A DNA stretch of 64,000 bases, taken from contig CAWBZV010000005.1 in the NCBI GenBank assembly GCA_963793305.1, positions 832,001-896,000 on the forward strand, written 5' to 3'. The DNA comes from an uncultured Gemmatimonadales bacterium. Lineage in GTDB: Bacteria > Gemmatimonadota > Gemmatimonadetes > Gemmatimonadales > Gemmatimonadaceae. This document shows positions 10,807 through 19,828 of this stretch, piece by piece. The position numbers and the translations under genes are program-made. Under the pieces are notes generated by a model. It had not been told where the DNA came from. It did no database searches and saw only the letters and a program-made list of their open reading frames with translations. Every line of letters begins with the position of its first letter. Positions within the stretch are counted from its first letter, which is position 1.

Positions 10807-12753
10807 CTAGGGGCTGGCGGCCGTGGATGGGTGGGGCCCCATGTACCGGTCGAACCACGCGACGATACGTCGGAGACGATCGGTCAGGTGCTTCTCTTCG
10901 CGGAAGCCGTGTCCTTCGCGAGGATAGACGACGAGCTCCGCGGTGACGCCATAGCGCTTGAGCGCGCGATACAGCTCTTGGCTTTGACCCATCGGGTCAA
11001 TAACGTCGTTGTCGCCTTGCAAGATGAGCGTCGGTGTGCGGGCGTTCTTGACGTACGTAAGCGGTGAGCTCCGCCGAAACCCCTCGGGTTTCTCGTAGGG
11101 GAGACCGTAGAACCATTCATCGTACGCCGGGTGATCCTCCGTACCGTACTCGCTCGCCAGATCGGAGAGGCCGGCGCCCGACACAGCGGCCTTGAAGCGC
11201 GTGGTTTGCGTGATCGCCCACTCGGCCATGTAGCCGCCGTACGACCAGCCCGCGATGCCCAACCGATCCGGATCGGCGATCCCACGCTGAATCAGGTAGT
11301 CGACGCCGGCCATGATGTCCTTGAAGTCGCCGCCGCCCCAATCGCCGCGATTCCGCACGGCGAAGTCGTACCCATATCCCGTGGATCCTCGAATGTTCGG
11401 CGAGAACACCGCGTAGCCGGCGGCAGCGAGGAGCTGGTCCCACGAGTCGAGCTGGTCGCTCCAGTTGCCGGTCGGGCCGCCGTGCACGTGGACGATCGTT
11501 GGCAGATGCGTGCCGCCCGCGGGAGCCACCAGCGCCGCCTCGATCTCGTGGCCGTCGAAGCTTCGATACCGGAGGAGCGTCGGCTTGATCAGCGCGAGAC
11601 GCTCGAACGATGCATTGAAACTCGAGACGCGCCGCGGCGTCGTCGTGCCATCCCACGTCCAGAGCTCCGGTGGCTGCGTGGCACTCTCGCCGACGAAGGC
11701 GATCGTGCCCGCGCTCGAGAGCGCGACGTCGCCCACCTTCATTCCTGGGAGCACGAGCCGCGTCCCCTTACCGAGCGTGTCCAGTGTCCAGAGCGCGGTC
11801 CGAAATCCGTCGGTCGTGGCGACGAGCAGCGTTCCGTCGCTTCGCCATGCGTACGCCTCGACCGGACGATCGATACTCGCGCCGGTGAGATTGCGCGGTA
11901 TGCCGCCATCGGTCGATACGAGGTAGAGGTCATGCGCCGAGGGACCATCGCCGCGGGCGCCCACAAACGCCACGTGCTTGCCGTCGGGCGAGACGTGCAC
12001 ACGATTGAAGGGGCCCGATGGCCTGGCCACCGGCCGCATCGTTCCATCGGACGCTCGGACGACGAAAATGCGATTGGTCTCTTGGTCCGACTCGGGATGG
12101 TCCGTGGCGACCACCACCAACCCGTCGCCAGTGGAGAGCCACTGCGCATCACCAATGGACCACGGTGCGCCGAGGAGCGGCCGTAACGCACCCGTCGCGA
12201 CGTCCGCCAGCCAGAGATGGGGCCGATCTTGCGTCCGATCCACCGGGTGGGCGTCGTCCTTGTCGTCCTCTCGCTTCTGGTCCGCGTCGGTCTTGGGATC
12301 GGGGCCGAGCAACGCGAGCTGCTTGCCGTCGGGCGACCACTCGAAGCTTTGGACCGCGCGCTTGCCGCGGGTGAGCGCGATCGCCTCACCACCGCCGACC
12401 GGCATGATGTAGATCTGGGTCGCTTGATCGCGATCCGAGAGAAACGCGAGTCGCTTTCCATCGCTTGACCAGCGCGCGTGGTCTTCAGACTTGGCCGAGT
12501 ACGTATACTGGCGCGGAACATCCGTCGATACCCACACGTGCCGCGACACGGTAATCCCGTTCGGCGGCTCCGTCACCGTGAACGCCAGCGCTCGAGCGTC
12601 GGGTGACCAGCGCAGGTCGGCGAGCCGCCGTACGGCGATGAGCTGTTCGGGGGTGAGTTGCGTTTGCGCCACGGCGCGCGCCACCGGAGCGGCGGACGCC
12701 AGCACGAATCCAAAAGCGACGACGCGTCGCCATGGCAGACGGTGGAGGGGCAT
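10807..12753 (-). CDS. S9 family peptidase (acylaminoacyl/dipeptidyl peptidase-like)
   Basis: N-terminal propeller with WSPDG repeats; HGGP, GWSYGG nucleophile, GDND acid, EGHG His. Confidence 0.92.
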   Translation of the reverse strand: MPLHRLPWRRVVAFGFVLASAAPVARAVAQTQLTPEQLIAVRRLADLRWSPDARALAFTVTEPPNGITVSRHVWVSTDVPRQYTYSAKSEDHARWSSDGKRLAFLSDRDQATQIYIMPVGGGEAIALTRGKRAVQSFEWSPDGKQLALLGPDPKTDADQKREDDKDDAHPVDRTQDRPHLWLADVATGALRPLLGAPWSIGDAQWLSTGDGLVVVATDHPESDQETNRIFVVRASDGTMRPVARPSGPFNRVHVSPDGKHVAFVGARGDGPSAHDLYLVSTDGGIPRNLTGASIDRPVEAYAWRSDGTLLVATTDGFRTALWTLDTLGKGTRLVLPGMKVGDVALSSAGTIAFVGESATQPPELWTWDGTTTPRRVSSFNASFERLALIKPTLLRYRSFDGHEIEAALVAPAGGTHLPTIVHVHGGPTGNWSDQLDSWDQLLAAAGYAVFSPNIRGSTGYGYDFAVRNRGDWGGGDFKDIMAGVDYLIQRGIADPDRLGIAGWSYGGYMAEWAITQTTRFKAAVSGAGLSDLASEYGTEDHPAYDEWFYGLPYEKPEGFRRSSPLTYVKNARTPTLILQGDNDVIDPMGQSQELYRALKRYGVTAELVVYPREGHGFREEKHLTDRLRRIVAWFDRYMGPHPSTAASP

Positions 12754-12831
12754 CGGAGAAAGCTCCCAGGGAGACGCGCTATACTATGGTACTATACTAC
12801 TTCCGTACAATAGCTCGGCAGTCGTGGGCCA

Positions 12832-13230
12832 TTATCATGGCACACGTTCGAGCACGGCACCGATGCCCGGCGCTGGCTGATGACGATCTGCCGCAACGCG
12901 TTCCTCCGGACGTGCCAGCGCGCTCGATATTGGGCCGAGAGCGACGATGATGTGGCGCTGGTCGCCCGGAGCGACGATGAGCGCTTGCTGACCCGGCTCG
13001 ACCTCGGTCCCGCGATCTGCTCGGCGTTGGACCGGCTCACGGAGCCGTATCGATCGGTCGTCGTCCTGGTCGATCTCGAGGATCAGACATACGAAACCAC
13101 GGCGGCTATTCTGGGCGTACCGATCGGGACGGTGCGGTCTCGTCTGTTCCGCGCACGCCGGCAGCTGCGGAGCACGCTGGGGATCTACGCGCGCGACGCA
13201 GGATTCGCCACGACGCTGAGTCCAGCCTAG
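12832..13230 (+). pseudogene. 5'-truncated ECF sigma factor (end of region 2 plus region 4)
   Basis: SWHTFEHGTDARRWLMTICRNAF and GVPIGTVRSRLFRAR; in-frame TAG at 12811 upstream, so the start of region 2 is missing. Confidence 0.65.
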
Positions 13231-14753
13231 CGCGCACGTCGCACGACACGCCCCGGCCGGTTCGTCGTCGTCTGTGCGTTGACCCAGACGACCTGACCGT
13301 TCACCCACACGCGCTCAATACCGGTCGAGACCAGGTGCGGCTCGGTGTAAGTCGCCCGATCGATGACGGTGGCCGGATCGAACAACACGAGATCCGCGTA
13401 GTTTCCGGGCGCTATCGTCCCACGATTCGCGATGCCGACGTTGGCCGCCGCGAGCAATGTCGCCTTGCGAATCGCCTCCTGCAGGGTCAAGACGTGCTGC
13501 TCGCGCACGAAGCGCCCGAGGATGCGGGGATAGCTGCCGATGCCCCGAGGGTGGCGGCTGTCGAGCGCACCATCGGTACAGAAGCTCGTGTAAGGCCATT
13601 GGACGATGCGATCGACATCACCCTCGGACATGCTCGCGCCGATCACGCCTTGCACCGAATCATCGTCGACGTGCAGATGATGCGCGTCGGCGTACTGCTG
13701 GGACTCGTGGATGAGGTTCAGGAGCGTCACCGCCGGATCCGCCTTTCGCGCCAGCGCGATCTGCGCCAGCGTCTGTCCGACGTAGTCGGGATGCGGCGCG
13801 AACGAGGTCAGGATCAACCCGTCAGCCGGCACGATCTCGCGTAGCACGTAGCGCGAATAGGCCGTGTCGTTGAAGTCCCGCTTCGGGAAGTTGACCGTCA
13901 GATCCGAGTGCCAGGCGGTGTACGGATAGATATCGGCGGTCACCTGAATGCCGGCGGCCCGGGCCGAGTCGAGCATCGCGATGAGCCGGGTGCTCCGTCC
14001 CCAGAGCTCCTTCATCGCCAGCTTCATATGGGAGACTTCGACCGGCAGATGCGCTTTCTCGCCGATCGTGAGGAGCTCGTGCACGGCGTCGAACACGCCC
14101 TCCTCTTCGTTCCGCATGTGGCTGATGTACCGGCCGCCAGACGCCAATGCCACTTTCGCCAACTCGACCAGCTCGTCCGTATTCGAGTAGATGCCGGGAT
14201 CGTATTCCAGTCCGGTCGAGAGACCAAGTGCACCCGCCGTCATATCCTGACGCAGCAGATCCTGCATCCGCGTGATCTCATCGGGTTTCGCAAGACGCTT
14301 ATAGTCCTCGCCCATGACGGCGCGTCGGATCGTCCCGTGGCCGGAGTATGACGCGACGTTGATCGCGGCCGGCGTGCGCTCGAGCGAGTCAAAATACGCG
14401 GCCAGCGGCAGATGCGAGCTCCCATCCTGTCCGACCACGATGGTCGTGATGCCCTGACTCACGGCAGCCAGCGCCTCGGGATGCTGGAACAGTCCGCCGT
14501 CGTGGTGCGAGTGGTCGTCGATAAAGCCGGGGGCCAGGACCAGGCCATGGGCATCGATGACGCTGTCACTGGACGTGGGGCTGAGCGCTCCCACGGCGGT
14601 GATCTTGTCGTCGACAATGCGAACGGCGGCCGGTCGCGCGGGCGACCCGGTTCCGTCGATGACTTGGGCATTGACGATGAGAATCTGATGGTGCTGGCAG
14701 GCGATGCTGGCCAATACCAGCACGGCGGATGTGGCAGTACGGAGCTTGAGCAT
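13227..14753 (-). CDS. N-acyl-D-amino-acid deacylase (D-aminoacylase)
   Basis: PGFIDDHSH, QGITT, GLSTGLEY, SHMR, HPRG, ADLVLFDP amidohydrolase motifs; ATG at 14753. Confidence 0.9.
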   Translation of the reverse strand: MLKLRTATSAVLVLASIACQHHQILIVNAQVIDGTGSPARPAAVRIVDDKITAVGALSPTSSDSVIDAHGLVLAPGFIDDHSHHDGGLFQHPEALAAVSQGITTIVVGQDGSSHLPLAAYFDSLERTPAAINVASYSGHGTIRRAVMGEDYKRLAKPDEITRMQDLLRQDMTAGALGLSTGLEYDPGIYSNTDELVELAKVALASGGRYISHMRNEEEGVFDAVHELLTIGEKAHLPVEVSHMKLAMKELWGRSTRLIAMLDSARAAGIQVTADIYPYTAWHSDLTVNFPKRDFNDTAYSRYVLREIVPADGLILTSFAPHPDYVGQTLAQIALARKADPAVTLLNLIHESQQYADAHHLHVDDDSVQGVIGASMSEGDVDRIVQWPYTSFCTDGALDSRHPRGIGSYPRILGRFVREQHVLTLQEAIRKATLLAAANVGIANRGTIAPGNYADLVLFDPATVIDRATYTEPHLVSTGIERVWVNGQVVWVNAQTTTNRPGRVVRRAR

Positions 14754-14779
14754 GCCGCCAATTCTACAGGCGGGCCACG

Positions 14780-15235
14780 CTAGCGCGAGAGCGCTTTCAC
14801 CAGTAACACGTGGACGCGATCGTGCAGCGCGGGTGCGCCCCCGACCACGGCAATCGTGGCTAATCGCTGCCCTTGGACCGCGGTGATCTGCAGGGCGCCG
14901 ACCGACGTCCAGAACGCGCCGTCGCCGATGCCGGTCTCTTTCTTGTTGTCGTTGGAATTTGCTTGCTCGGTCGCCAGCTCCTGCTTCGCGGCCGCAGCCG
15001 ACGGATAGTCCGCGACCATCACGATGACCGTCGGGATGCCGCCGACCGTATAGGAGCACGATGACGTCAGTGACTTCGGATTGTCGACCACGGAGATCTG
15101 GCCGCCGCCGACCGGCTTGCCAATCAGCTCCGTCACTTCCGCCACCGAGACGAATTTGCAGGAGTTGGGCGGGGCACCGCTCCGTCCGCCCATGGCCATG
15201 ACACTCGCGAGTACGGCACCAGCAATAGGTTGCAT
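14780..15235 (-). CDS. Secreted hypothetical protein (DUF3558-like)
   Basis: Signal peptide; C..VS.AEV..LIG, SCSY and GIGDGAFW pattern. Confidence 0.55.
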   Translation of the reverse strand: MQPIAGAVLASVMAMGGRSGAPPNSCKFVSVAEVTELIGKPVGGGQISVVDNPKSLTSSCSYTVGGIPTVIVMVADYPSAAAAKQELATEQANSNDNKKETGIGDGAFWTSVGALQITAVQGQRLATIAVVGGAPALHDRVHVLLVKALSR

Positions 15236-15276
15236 GAACACAAATACTAACCTAAACAGACGAAACGTCAGGGCTT

Positions 15277-15440
15277 TTATTGTAGACGCTCGGCGAGAAA
15301 AGTCCCGACCACAGTCAGTGCCTCGTCGGCTGCACGCAGTTGTCCGAGGCTCGTGAGAAAGCTGTGCGGCATGCCCTCCCAGATGTCGAGGCGCACGTCG
15401 ACGTTCGTCGCGCGGTCGGCGTAGCGAACCGAGTCATCGA
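15277..15440 (-). pseudogene. C-terminal remnant of an HSL-family alpha/beta hydrolase
   Basis: Reads DDSVRYADRATNVDVRLDIWEGMPHSF...FLAERLQ* with no upstream start in frame. Confidence 0.65.
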
Positions 15441-15531
15441 CGGTTCGAGTATTGGTGCCTGGTGCACGCCGAGGCGGGCCAGCGCTCGATGATCATCGTG
15501 CAGTGACGTTCGTGAACTTGTTGGACACTCG

Positions 15532-15554
15532 ATGACTTATTGTCAATGAGTCAT
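15532..15554. promoter_or_regulatory. Near-perfect 23-bp palindrome (putative operator)
   Basis: ATGACTTATTG-T-CAATGAGTCAT (10 of 11 arm positions match), just upstream of RBS GAGGAGG. Confidence 0.55.
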
Positions 15555-15570
15555 TGAGGAGGCGTGCTGT

Positions 15571-15669
15571 ATGTCTCGGCCGGTGCTGATCGGTATCGCG
15601 CGCCGCGCGAGTGTTCTGTTCTTCCTGGCGGGTCTCGTGTTTCTGCTGACGCTGCCGATGCAACCATGA
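15571..15669 (+). CDS. 32-aa hydrophobic small protein
   Basis: GAGGAGG RBS 8 nt upstream; MSRPVLIGIARRASVLFFLAGLVFLLTLPMQP*; stop overlaps the next ATG (ATGA). Confidence 0.55.
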   Translation: MSRPVLIGIARRASVLFFLAGLVFLLTLPMQP

Positions 15670-16193
15670 CGATGGCGTTGGCGGAACCGATCTCCCGTCT
15701 TCCAGAGGCGGCCGAGCCCGGGCCGATCCAGGACTGGCGCGTCGTACCGGCAAAGACCCGAATGCGCTTCACGGTCGGCCGCTTCCTCGGCGCCATCCAC
15801 GGCACGCTGAGCACGGTGAGCGGCGTCGTGCGACTGATCGAAGGACAGCCTCGCTACACGCACGTCGATATTCGAGTGCCGGTGACGGCCCTCGACATCC
15901 GCACCAGGCGACGGCTGGGATTGGACGCCGGCCCCTATCCGTTTGTGTCCTTCTATGGGTGGCGGGTCCGAGGCAATCCTCGCCGATCGTTCGCGCTCGA
16001 TGGCGAGCTCCGCGTCGGCGAGTTGCGGCGCGATGTCGTCGTCAACGTCTCTGCCTCAGATCATCGCTTCGATGATGTCACCGGCACAGAGGAGGCGACG
16101 TTCCGAGCACAGCTCGTCGTCGATCGGCGGATCCGCTTCATTCTCGACGTGACGCTCGCGCGAGTGGCAGTCCGGTATCGTCGCGTGGCGTAG
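15666..16193 (+). CDS. YceI-like protein (divergent)
   Basis: W.V.PAKT.MRFTV, IPVTALD, YPFVSF and LDGELRVG..R.V pattern of the YceI barrel. Confidence 0.6.
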   Translation: MTMALAEPISRLPEAAEPGPIQDWRVVPAKTRMRFTVGRFLGAIHGTLSTVSGVVRLIEGQPRYTHVDIRVPVTALDIRTRRRLGLDAGPYPFVSFYGWRVRGNPRRSFALDGELRVGELRRDVVVNVSASDHRFDDVTGTEEATFRAQLVVDRRIRFILDVTLARVAVRYRRVA

Positions 16194-16202
16194 TCATCGC
16201 GC

Positions 16203-16340
16203 ATGATGCCATTGCTGATCGTTCTTCTGATACTCGCCTCTCTCCGCTACTATGACTCTTTCGTGAAGACGGATGGCGCCTGGCTGTTCGCGGAACGTCT
16301 GCTCTACGTCGACTGGATCGAGGAGTGTGCGCTGTCATGA
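16203..16340 (+). pseudogene. C-terminal remnant of a SnoaL/NTF2-like protein
   Basis: ASLRYYDSFVKTDGAWLFAERLLYVDW is a SnoaL-like C-terminus; only 45 codons; ATGA overlap with the next gene. Confidence 0.6.
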
Positions 16341-17008
16341 CGCGCTTAGGTCTAGTGGGCGCGACCGGAATGGTGGGCGGCTACGCCCTTCGCTACGCGC
16401 TCGACGACCCGAACGTCGAACGCGTGACGGCCATCGGACGCCGCACGCTCGGTCTCTCACACCCAAAGCTGGCCGAGGTGCTTCATCGGGACTTCGCGGA
16501 TTGCTCTGCGCTAGCGCCAGTCCTCGCGGGTCAGGATGCGGCGGTGTTCTGTCTCGGCGCCTATACGGGAGCAGTGCCGGACGCTGAGCTTCGGAAGACC
16601 ACGGTCGACTACCCGATCGAATTCGCGCGCGTGCTCCACGGTAGCAGTCCCGGCGCGACGTTCGCGTTCTTGAGCGGGAGCGGGGCGGATCCGACGGGTC
16701 GCAGCCGGATCCCTTTCGCGCGGTACAAGGGAGAGGCCGAGAAGGCGCTCCTCGCCATGGGGTTTCCGCACGTGTACCTCTTTCGACCCGCGTATATCTA
16801 TCCCGTGGAGCCGCGGAAAGAACCGAACGCCGGCTATCGCCTGCTGCGCGCGATCTACCCGGCGTTTCGGATCGTATTCCCGAACCAGGTGATTCGCGCG
16901 GATGATCTGGCTCGCGTCATGGTGAACCTCGCCGTGCACGGAGCAGGGGAACGCCCGGGTCCGGTCTTCGAGAACCGCGACATCATCGACTTGTCGCGTA
17001 AGGGGTGA
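16337..17008 (+). CDS. NAD(P)H-binding atypical SDR (TIP30/YraR-like)
   Basis: GATGMVG Rossmann motif; FCLG, RYKGEAE, FRPAYI. Confidence 0.85.
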   Translation: MTRLGLVGATGMVGGYALRYALDDPNVERVTAIGRRTLGLSHPKLAEVLHRDFADCSALAPVLAGQDAAVFCLGAYTGAVPDAELRKTTVDYPIEFARVLHGSSPGATFAFLSGSGADPTGRSRIPFARYKGEAEKALLAMGFPHVYLFRPAYIYPVEPRKEPNAGYRLLRAIYPAFRIVFPNQVIRADDLARVMVNLAVHGAGERPGPVFENRDIIDLSRKG

Positions 17009-17351
17009 GCAGCGTCTCCTCCAGTAGCGCCCGAGCGATACCGCTCAGCGCCGAGTCGAGCTCGGCGACCGCTCCCTTCGGCACGCGCCCGACGACGGAG
17101 AATCGAATCTCACACGTCTCGCCGAGGGGCTCGATGGCAATCGTGATCTCGCGCACGCGCGTGCCGAGATGTCCCCAGAAGGCACCCGGACCGAGGTGAC
17201 CCGTCGCTGAGGGCAACGCGAAGCGAAGCGTACCGCCGGCGGACCCGATCAGCGTGAGCCGGTACGGACGCTCGCGCAGCACGCGACCGAGCATTGGCAG
17301 CATCCGATTCGCGGGTGCATCAAACACCCTCGTGACCGTCGTCATCATCAC
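16983..17351 (-). CDS. Hypothetical protein
   Basis: Start overlaps the catalase stop; no family recognised. Confidence 0.45.
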   Translation of the reverse strand: MMMTTVTRVFDAPANRMLPMLGRVLRERPYRLTLIGSAGGTLRFALPSATGHLGPGAFWGHLGTRVREITIAIEPLGETCEIRFSVVGRVPKGAVAELDSALSGIARALLEETLLTPYATSR

Positions 17352-18809
17352 CGGGCCTCCACGAGCACGCGATCGTGCAGTCCCAGCTTATCCGCGACGC
17401 GCCGTCCGTAGTCGGGGTCGGCATTTGCGAAGTGCGCGAGCTGCCGGCGCTGGACCTCGAGGCGGGCCTGGCCAAGCGCTCGCGCGATGCGCGTCGTGAG
17501 ACGATCACGGTGGCCGTCATCGAGCAACCGGTAGAGATCACCCGCCTGCGTGAAATCGTCGTGTCCCGTCGAATCGAACCGGTCCGCGACGACCGCTGCC
17601 AACCTGCCACGCGGGATCGCCGTACGCGGCATCGGGCGTCGGCGTCCCGGCGATGCTGTTCGGCCAATAGTTCGGGCGATCCCCGTACGGAGCCGTTGCC
17701 AGCGCACCGTCGCGAATATAGTTGGCGACGCTCTGCCGTGGCGCGTTGACCGGTACCTGGTGGTGATTCACGCCGAGGCGATGCAGGTGCGCGTCCGCAT
17801 AACTCACCAGGCGCGCTTGCAGCATCTTGTCCGGGCTCGGCCCCACACCCGATACGAATGCACTCGGCTTGAACGCGGCCTGCTCGACCTCGGCGAAATA
17901 GTTCTCGGGATTCCGATTGAGCTCGAGCGTGCCGACCTCGATCAGCGGAAACTCGTGGTGCGGCCAGACCTTCGTGAGATCGAACGGATTCCACCGGAAC
18001 GTCTCGGCCTCTTGTGCGGTCATGACCTGGATCGACATGCGCCACCGCGGATGGTCGCCGCGCCCGATCGCGTCGAAGAGATCCCGCTGGTGACTCTCGC
18101 GATCCTGCCCGATGATCGCCGAGGAGTCCTCGTCGGGGATCGTATCGATGCCCTGGAGCGTCCGGAAATGGAACTTGCACCAGACGCGCTCGCCGTGCGC
18201 GTTGACGAGCGAGTAGGTATGACTGCCGAACCCGTGCATGTGCCGATAGCTCGTCGGAATGCCGCGGTCGGAGAAGAGAATGGTGACCTGATGCAGCGAC
18301 TCGGGGCAGAGCGACCAGAAGTCCCACTGCATGTCCATGTCGCGCAGGTTCGTCTTCGGGTGCCGCTTCTGCGTGTGAATGAACATCTGGAACTTGTACG
18401 GGTCGCGCACGAAGAAGACGGGCGTGTTGTTCCCGACGAGATCCCAATTCCCTTCGTCCGTGTAGAACTTGAGCGCGAATCCGCGCACGTCTCGCTCGGC
18501 GTCCGCCGCGCCGCGCTCGCCCGCGACCGTCGAGAATCGCGCGAACATCGGGGTCGACTGGCCGACGCGCGAGAAGAGCGCCGCACGGCTGTAGCGCGTG
18601 ATGTCCCGCGTCACCGTGAAGGTGCCGTAGGCGCCGGATCCCTTCGCGTGCACGGGCCGCTCGGGAATGCGCTCGCGGTTGAAGTGCTGCATCTGCTCGA
18701 TGAGCTGGACATCCTGCATCAGCACGGGGCCGCGGGGGCCGGCCGTCAAGGCCTGCTGGACACCGATCGGCGCGCCGTTGGCGGTCGTGAGGACGGGCGG
18801 TTTCTCCAT
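17348..18809 (-). CDS. katA: Monofunctional heme catalase, small subunit (one +1 frameshift near 17603)
   Basis: [34 protein letters not shown]-terminus [17 protein letters not shown] lies in the adjacent frame. Confidence 0.93.
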
Positions 18810-18834
18810 GTGGCGGAGGCTAGTCGCGGCGCCT

Positions 18835-18882
18835 ATAGTTGTCCAATATGGATTATCTCCGGCAGCGATAGGTACAAACTAT
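18835..18882. promoter_or_regulatory. OxyR-type binding site between catalase and the LysR gene
   Basis: ATAG(18835), ATAT(18846), CTCC(18857), ATAG(18868), CTAT(18879) at 11-bp spacing. Confidence 0.7.
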
Positions 18883-19783
18883 GGAATTGCACCAGCTGCG
18901 GTACTTCGTGGCCACGGCCGAGTGCGGCAGTGTCAGCCGCGCCGCCGAGCGATGCTTCGTCGCGCAGCCGTCGCTCAGTCAGCAGCTCAAGAAACTCGAA
19001 CAGGAGTTGGGCACGATATTGTTCGACCGGCTTGGCCGCGGCGTGGCCCTCACCGATGCGGGGCGGGCGCTGCTGCCCCGCGCCCGTCGCATTCTGGCCG
19101 ACATCCGCGAGACGGAGACGAACCTCAAGCGCGAAGCGGAGGACGGCCCCGGGACGCTCATTGTCGGGGCGATTCCGACGATGGCGCCGTATCTCCTCCC
19201 GCCGGCGCTGCGCGCACTGCGTCGCGCATATCCCACGTGCGCCATCTCCGTGCGCGAGGACCTGAGCGAAGCGCTGGTGGACGCGCTCGAGAACAACGAG
19301 CTCGATTGCGCGCTGGTGAGCACGCCGCTCGATGACGCGCTGCTCGACGTGGAAGTGATCGGTGAGGAGGAGCTACTCGTCGCGCTGCCGCGGCATCATC
19401 CGGCCGCCACACGCGCCGAGCTCCGCGTATCGGAACTGCGCGGCGAGCCGACGGTGGCGCTCGCCGACATGCACTGCTTGAGCCGCCAGATCGACCACTT
19501 CTGCTCGACGCGACACATCGCCACTCAAGTCGTCTGCCGCACGACCCAGCTCTTCACGATTACCGAGCTGGTCTCCCTAGGCCTCGGCCTCTCGCTCGTG
19601 CCAGAGATGGCGGCGGCCGCGGATCGCTCCGATCGCTGTCGCTACCTTCGTCTGCGGCCGGGCAAGCCGGTCCGCCAGATCGCCGTCGCGTGGCGCACCG
19701 GGCGGACTCGGCCGGTGGCGGCGGTCCGATTCATCGCGGCACTCACCGCGCGCCTCGGGGCAGGGCGTCATGCCAGTCCGTAG
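18881..19783 (+). CDS. oxyR: OxyR-like LysR regulator
   Basis: LysR HTH (AAERCFVAQPSLSQQ); IPTMAPYLLP; HCLSRQIDHFC retains both redox Cys; divergent from catalase. Confidence 0.8.
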   Translation: MELHQLRYFVATAECGSVSRAAERCFVAQPSLSQQLKKLEQELGTILFDRLGRGVALTDAGRALLPRARRILADIRETETNLKREAEDGPGTLIVGAIPTMAPYLLPPALRALRRAYPTCAISVREDLSEALVDALENNELDCALVSTPLDDALLDVEVIGEEELLVALPRHHPAATRAELRVSELRGEPTVALADMHCLSRQIDHFCSTRHIATQVVCRTTQLFTITELVSLGLGLSLVPEMAAAADRSDRCRYLRLRPGKPVRQIAVAWRTGRTRPVAAVRFIAALTARLGAGRHASP

Positions 19784-19828
19784 CGAACGGTCTTCGAGCC
19801 GGCTCACCTTGCTTTGGTGTCTTGACGA

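Noticed and set aside
14754..15059. N-terminal extension of the D-aminoacylase ORF
   Set aside because: Out-of-frame overlap with the upstream gene; the signal peptide begins at ATG 14753.
17595..17610. Programmed frameshifting in catalase and the other split genes
   Set aside because: No slippery sequence; the same +1 pattern in seven unrelated genes points to sequencing error.
17550..19265. 571-aa plus-strand ORF
   Set aside because: Antisense shadow of catalase and out-of-frame overlap with oxyR; no recognisable motifs; expected in high-GC DNA.
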